Virus record (IMG/VR): IMGVR_UViG_2799113139_000004
DNA from: a virus
Taxonomy: Duplodnaviria > Heunggongvirae > Uroviricota > Caudoviricetes
DNA length: 27,674 nucleotides
Reading direction: 5' to 3' (one strand)
The stretch's first letter is position 1. Each line of letters opens with the position of its first letter. The notes beneath the pieces were generated by a model that saw only the letters and a program-made list of their open reading frames with translations, was not told the DNA's origin and searched no databases. Below are positions 25,901 to 27,674 of the stretch, piece by piece. Both the position numbers and the translations under genes were made by a program.

Positions 25901-26229
25901 CCGCAGATGGAGTGCTAAAAGGGCTGTTCTACCTCGTTCTGATACTGAACTACATAGTCCTGGTATCACCCGTATTTAGCTCTAGAAAAGACGCCTATAA
26001 GGAGATGTCAACTGCCCGGTCCTGGCTGGCACCCGCAGCGGCGGCGGCGCTGTTTCTCTTCGTATCGCCAAATCTCGCAATCGCTTTCGGATGTATTTTG
26101 TTGTTCTTGTCAGCCCGATTTCTTTTTGTTCTCCGGTATACGCCACTAGGAAATAAAACGTTCGACCGGATTACCCTGCCGTTGCGTCGGCGCCTGCGCA
26201 GGAGCCGCAATAAGCACGACAAGTATTGA
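25897..26229 (+). CDS. Small multi-TM protein, candidate immunity protein
   Basis: ATGA overlap; about three TMs and a basic tail; visibly AT-richer than its neighbours. Confidence 0.75.
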   Translation: MTADGVLKGLFYLVLILNYIVLVSPVFSSRKDAYKEMSTARSWLAPAAAAALFLFVSPNLAIAFGCILLFLSARFLFVLRYTPLGNKTFDRITLPLRRRLRRSRNKHDKY

Positions 26230-26265
26230 CGAGCCAGTAATCGTTGAGCGGAAAGAGGTTCTGCT

Positions 26266-26910
26266 GTGAAAAGCTTTAGCTTGTTAGTGGCGTTGTTTGG
26301 CGCGGTAGTTGCTGTGGGCGCCGCAGGGTGTTCGTCACCTCAGTCACCGACCGTTGCATCTGACTCACCGGCTACGTCATCAACGCCGTCGACGGCAGCC
26401 ACCGCCGCAGGGTGTGCGGCTAGTGACGTTCACCGGGTCATGTTGGATACCAAGGCTGCCGAAGAGCCGAAGCTGGCATTGCCCACACCGGCCGGATGGG
26501 AGTACACGGCGGCGATGAATTCGCCGATGATCCGCGGCACCGTCACCAATATAGGGTTGCGGGCCAACGATTTCACACCGAACGCGGTGGTGACCTTGGA
26601 AGACCTGACCGGCAAGGTCACATCCGCCCAGCAGGGGATAGATGCCGAGATCACCGGCGTGGAACAGGGCGGTATGGCCGTGCAGTCCCGCACTGCGGGA
26701 ACTGTGTGCGGGCACCCGAGCAGCACAATCACCTACACCCTGCAGAATCGACCGGTCACGGCGCTCATCACCGCAGCCGAGGACGGCGCGAAAACCTGGG
26801 CCGCGATCGTAACCATCCAAACCACCGACCCCGACAACCCTGCCTACGTTGCGAGTAAGCAAGCCATTCTCGATGGCTTCCAGTTCACGGTGTCCGGGCA
26901 GGATCAGTAG
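26266..26910 (+). CDS. LpqN/LpqT-family lipoprotein
   Basis: Lipobox AAGC; P.L.LP.P.GW ... F.PNAVVTLE motif. Confidence 0.85.
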   Translation: MKSFSLLVALFGAVVAVGAAGCSSPQSPTVASDSPATSSTPSTAATAAGCAASDVHRVMLDTKAAEEPKLALPTPAGWEYTAAMNSPMIRGTVTNIGLRANDFTPNAVVTLEDLTGKVTSAQQGIDAEITGVEQGGMAVQSRTAGTVCGHPSSTITYTLQNRPVTALITAAEDGAKTWAAIVTIQTTDPDNPAYVASKQAILDGFQFTVSGQDQ

Positions 26911-26918
26911 CAGTTGCG

Positions 26919-27674
26919 ATGTGGCTGCGAATGGCGTTGTGGCCAGCACTGCTTGTCGTGGTTGCGATGTTGGTTGGTTGTTCGGAGCTAGTTAACGGGC
27001 GGGCGCTCAAGCCTGCACCGCCCCCTGACCCGCCCGAGCGTCCGATTACGAGGGTGTTGCCCGATCAAGCGGAACTATCCCGAGTGCTGCGTTCGCCGAT
27101 GCAGGCCAGGTACGGCGGCAGACCTGGTGGGGTGCAGATGCTGCCGGATGGCATGGCCGGCGCATCCCTGGTGGAGTGCATCAAGGTCCATGCGCCAGTC
27201 ATGCGGCACACCTATGAGCAAGCGCCAGTACACGCCGCAACCCGGATTACCTGGAACACCGAGCGCGGCCACATGCAGTTCCCCGCACCGGACTTGCGGA
27301 CCACATTCGGGGTTATCGAACTCGACACCTCTGACAGCGCCCGTTCTTGGTACCGACGGTTGGCGGCCGACTGGCGCCGATGTGAAGGCAAAACTGCGGT
27401 CATAGTCAGGGCCAACTACACGCTTCGCTACGACATCGGCCCCATCTCCGATGCCGGCGACCTGATGACCACGGTGCTGATGTTCTCCGGAACGGGCAGT
27501 AGCCGCCCGATGCCCGTGCAACGTGCCTTGGCCCAAGTATCGCGCTATCTCATTGATGTTGAAATCATGGACTTCGCCGATCTGAAGCACCCCGCTGAGC
27601 CCGGTATAACCGACAAAGCCGAGGCCATCGCACAGCTGATCACCGATCAGATCAACGCAGGCGGCGATATATAG
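26919..27674 (+). CDS. PknH-like sensor-domain lipoprotein
   Basis: Lipobox LVGC; A..W..C.GK and ..QRAL....YLIDVE patterns of the PknH extracellular domain family. Confidence 0.85.
   Translation: MWLRMALWPALLVVVAMLVGCSELVNGRALKPAPPPDPPERPITRVLPDQAELSRVLRSPMQARYGGRPGGVQMLPDGMAGASLVECIKVHAPVMRHTYEQAPVHAATRITWNTERGHMQFPAPDLRTTFGVIELDTSDSARSWYRRLAADWRRCEGKTAVIVRANYTLRYDIGPISDAGDLMTTVLMFSGTGSSRPMPVQRALAQVSRYLIDVEIMDFADLKHPAEPGITDKAEAIAQLITDQINAGGDI

Noticed and set aside
11250-27674. Duplicated tRNA-Phe 3' end marking the right island boundary
   Set aside because: No copy was found by eye, so the island boundary cannot be placed within this window.

Overview
High-GC actinobacterial DNA. Gene content (LppU, LpqN/LpqT, PknH-like lipoproteins, ESX substrates) points to the Mycobacteroides abscessus group; this is an inference. 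The only core-looking part is the tRNA cluster Lys(TTT, minus strand) / Glu-Asp-Phe (plus strand) at 10742-11248, and both flanks are accessory. Left flank: an ~8.7 kb, heavily deleted prophage bounded by a 16-bp direct repeat of the tRNA-Lys anticodon arm (2108-2123 and 10775-10790). Rejoining its two ends would extend the repressor remnant with a 26-aa tail ending -RKAA, the hallmark of integration-dependent immunity. Beyond it lies the end of a second element with its own divergent tRNA-Lys and an ESX/WXG-type substrate pair running off the window. Right flank: an array of mostly membrane proteins from three paralog families in two convergent, translationally coupled operons, then a rolling-circle Rep pseudogene, a pseudo-phospholipase A2, and a 718-aa exported protein with a glycine-zipper C-terminus. 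That protein shares a 32-aa PDYQGG/PPLDQN module with a 394-aa prophage-borne protein that has an unrelated C-terminus; both are followed by small membrane or lipoprotein genes, which suggests an uncharacterised polymorphic effector/immunity system. No integrase, transposase, CRISPR array or rRNA was recognised. No searches were run; family names come from motif recognition only.
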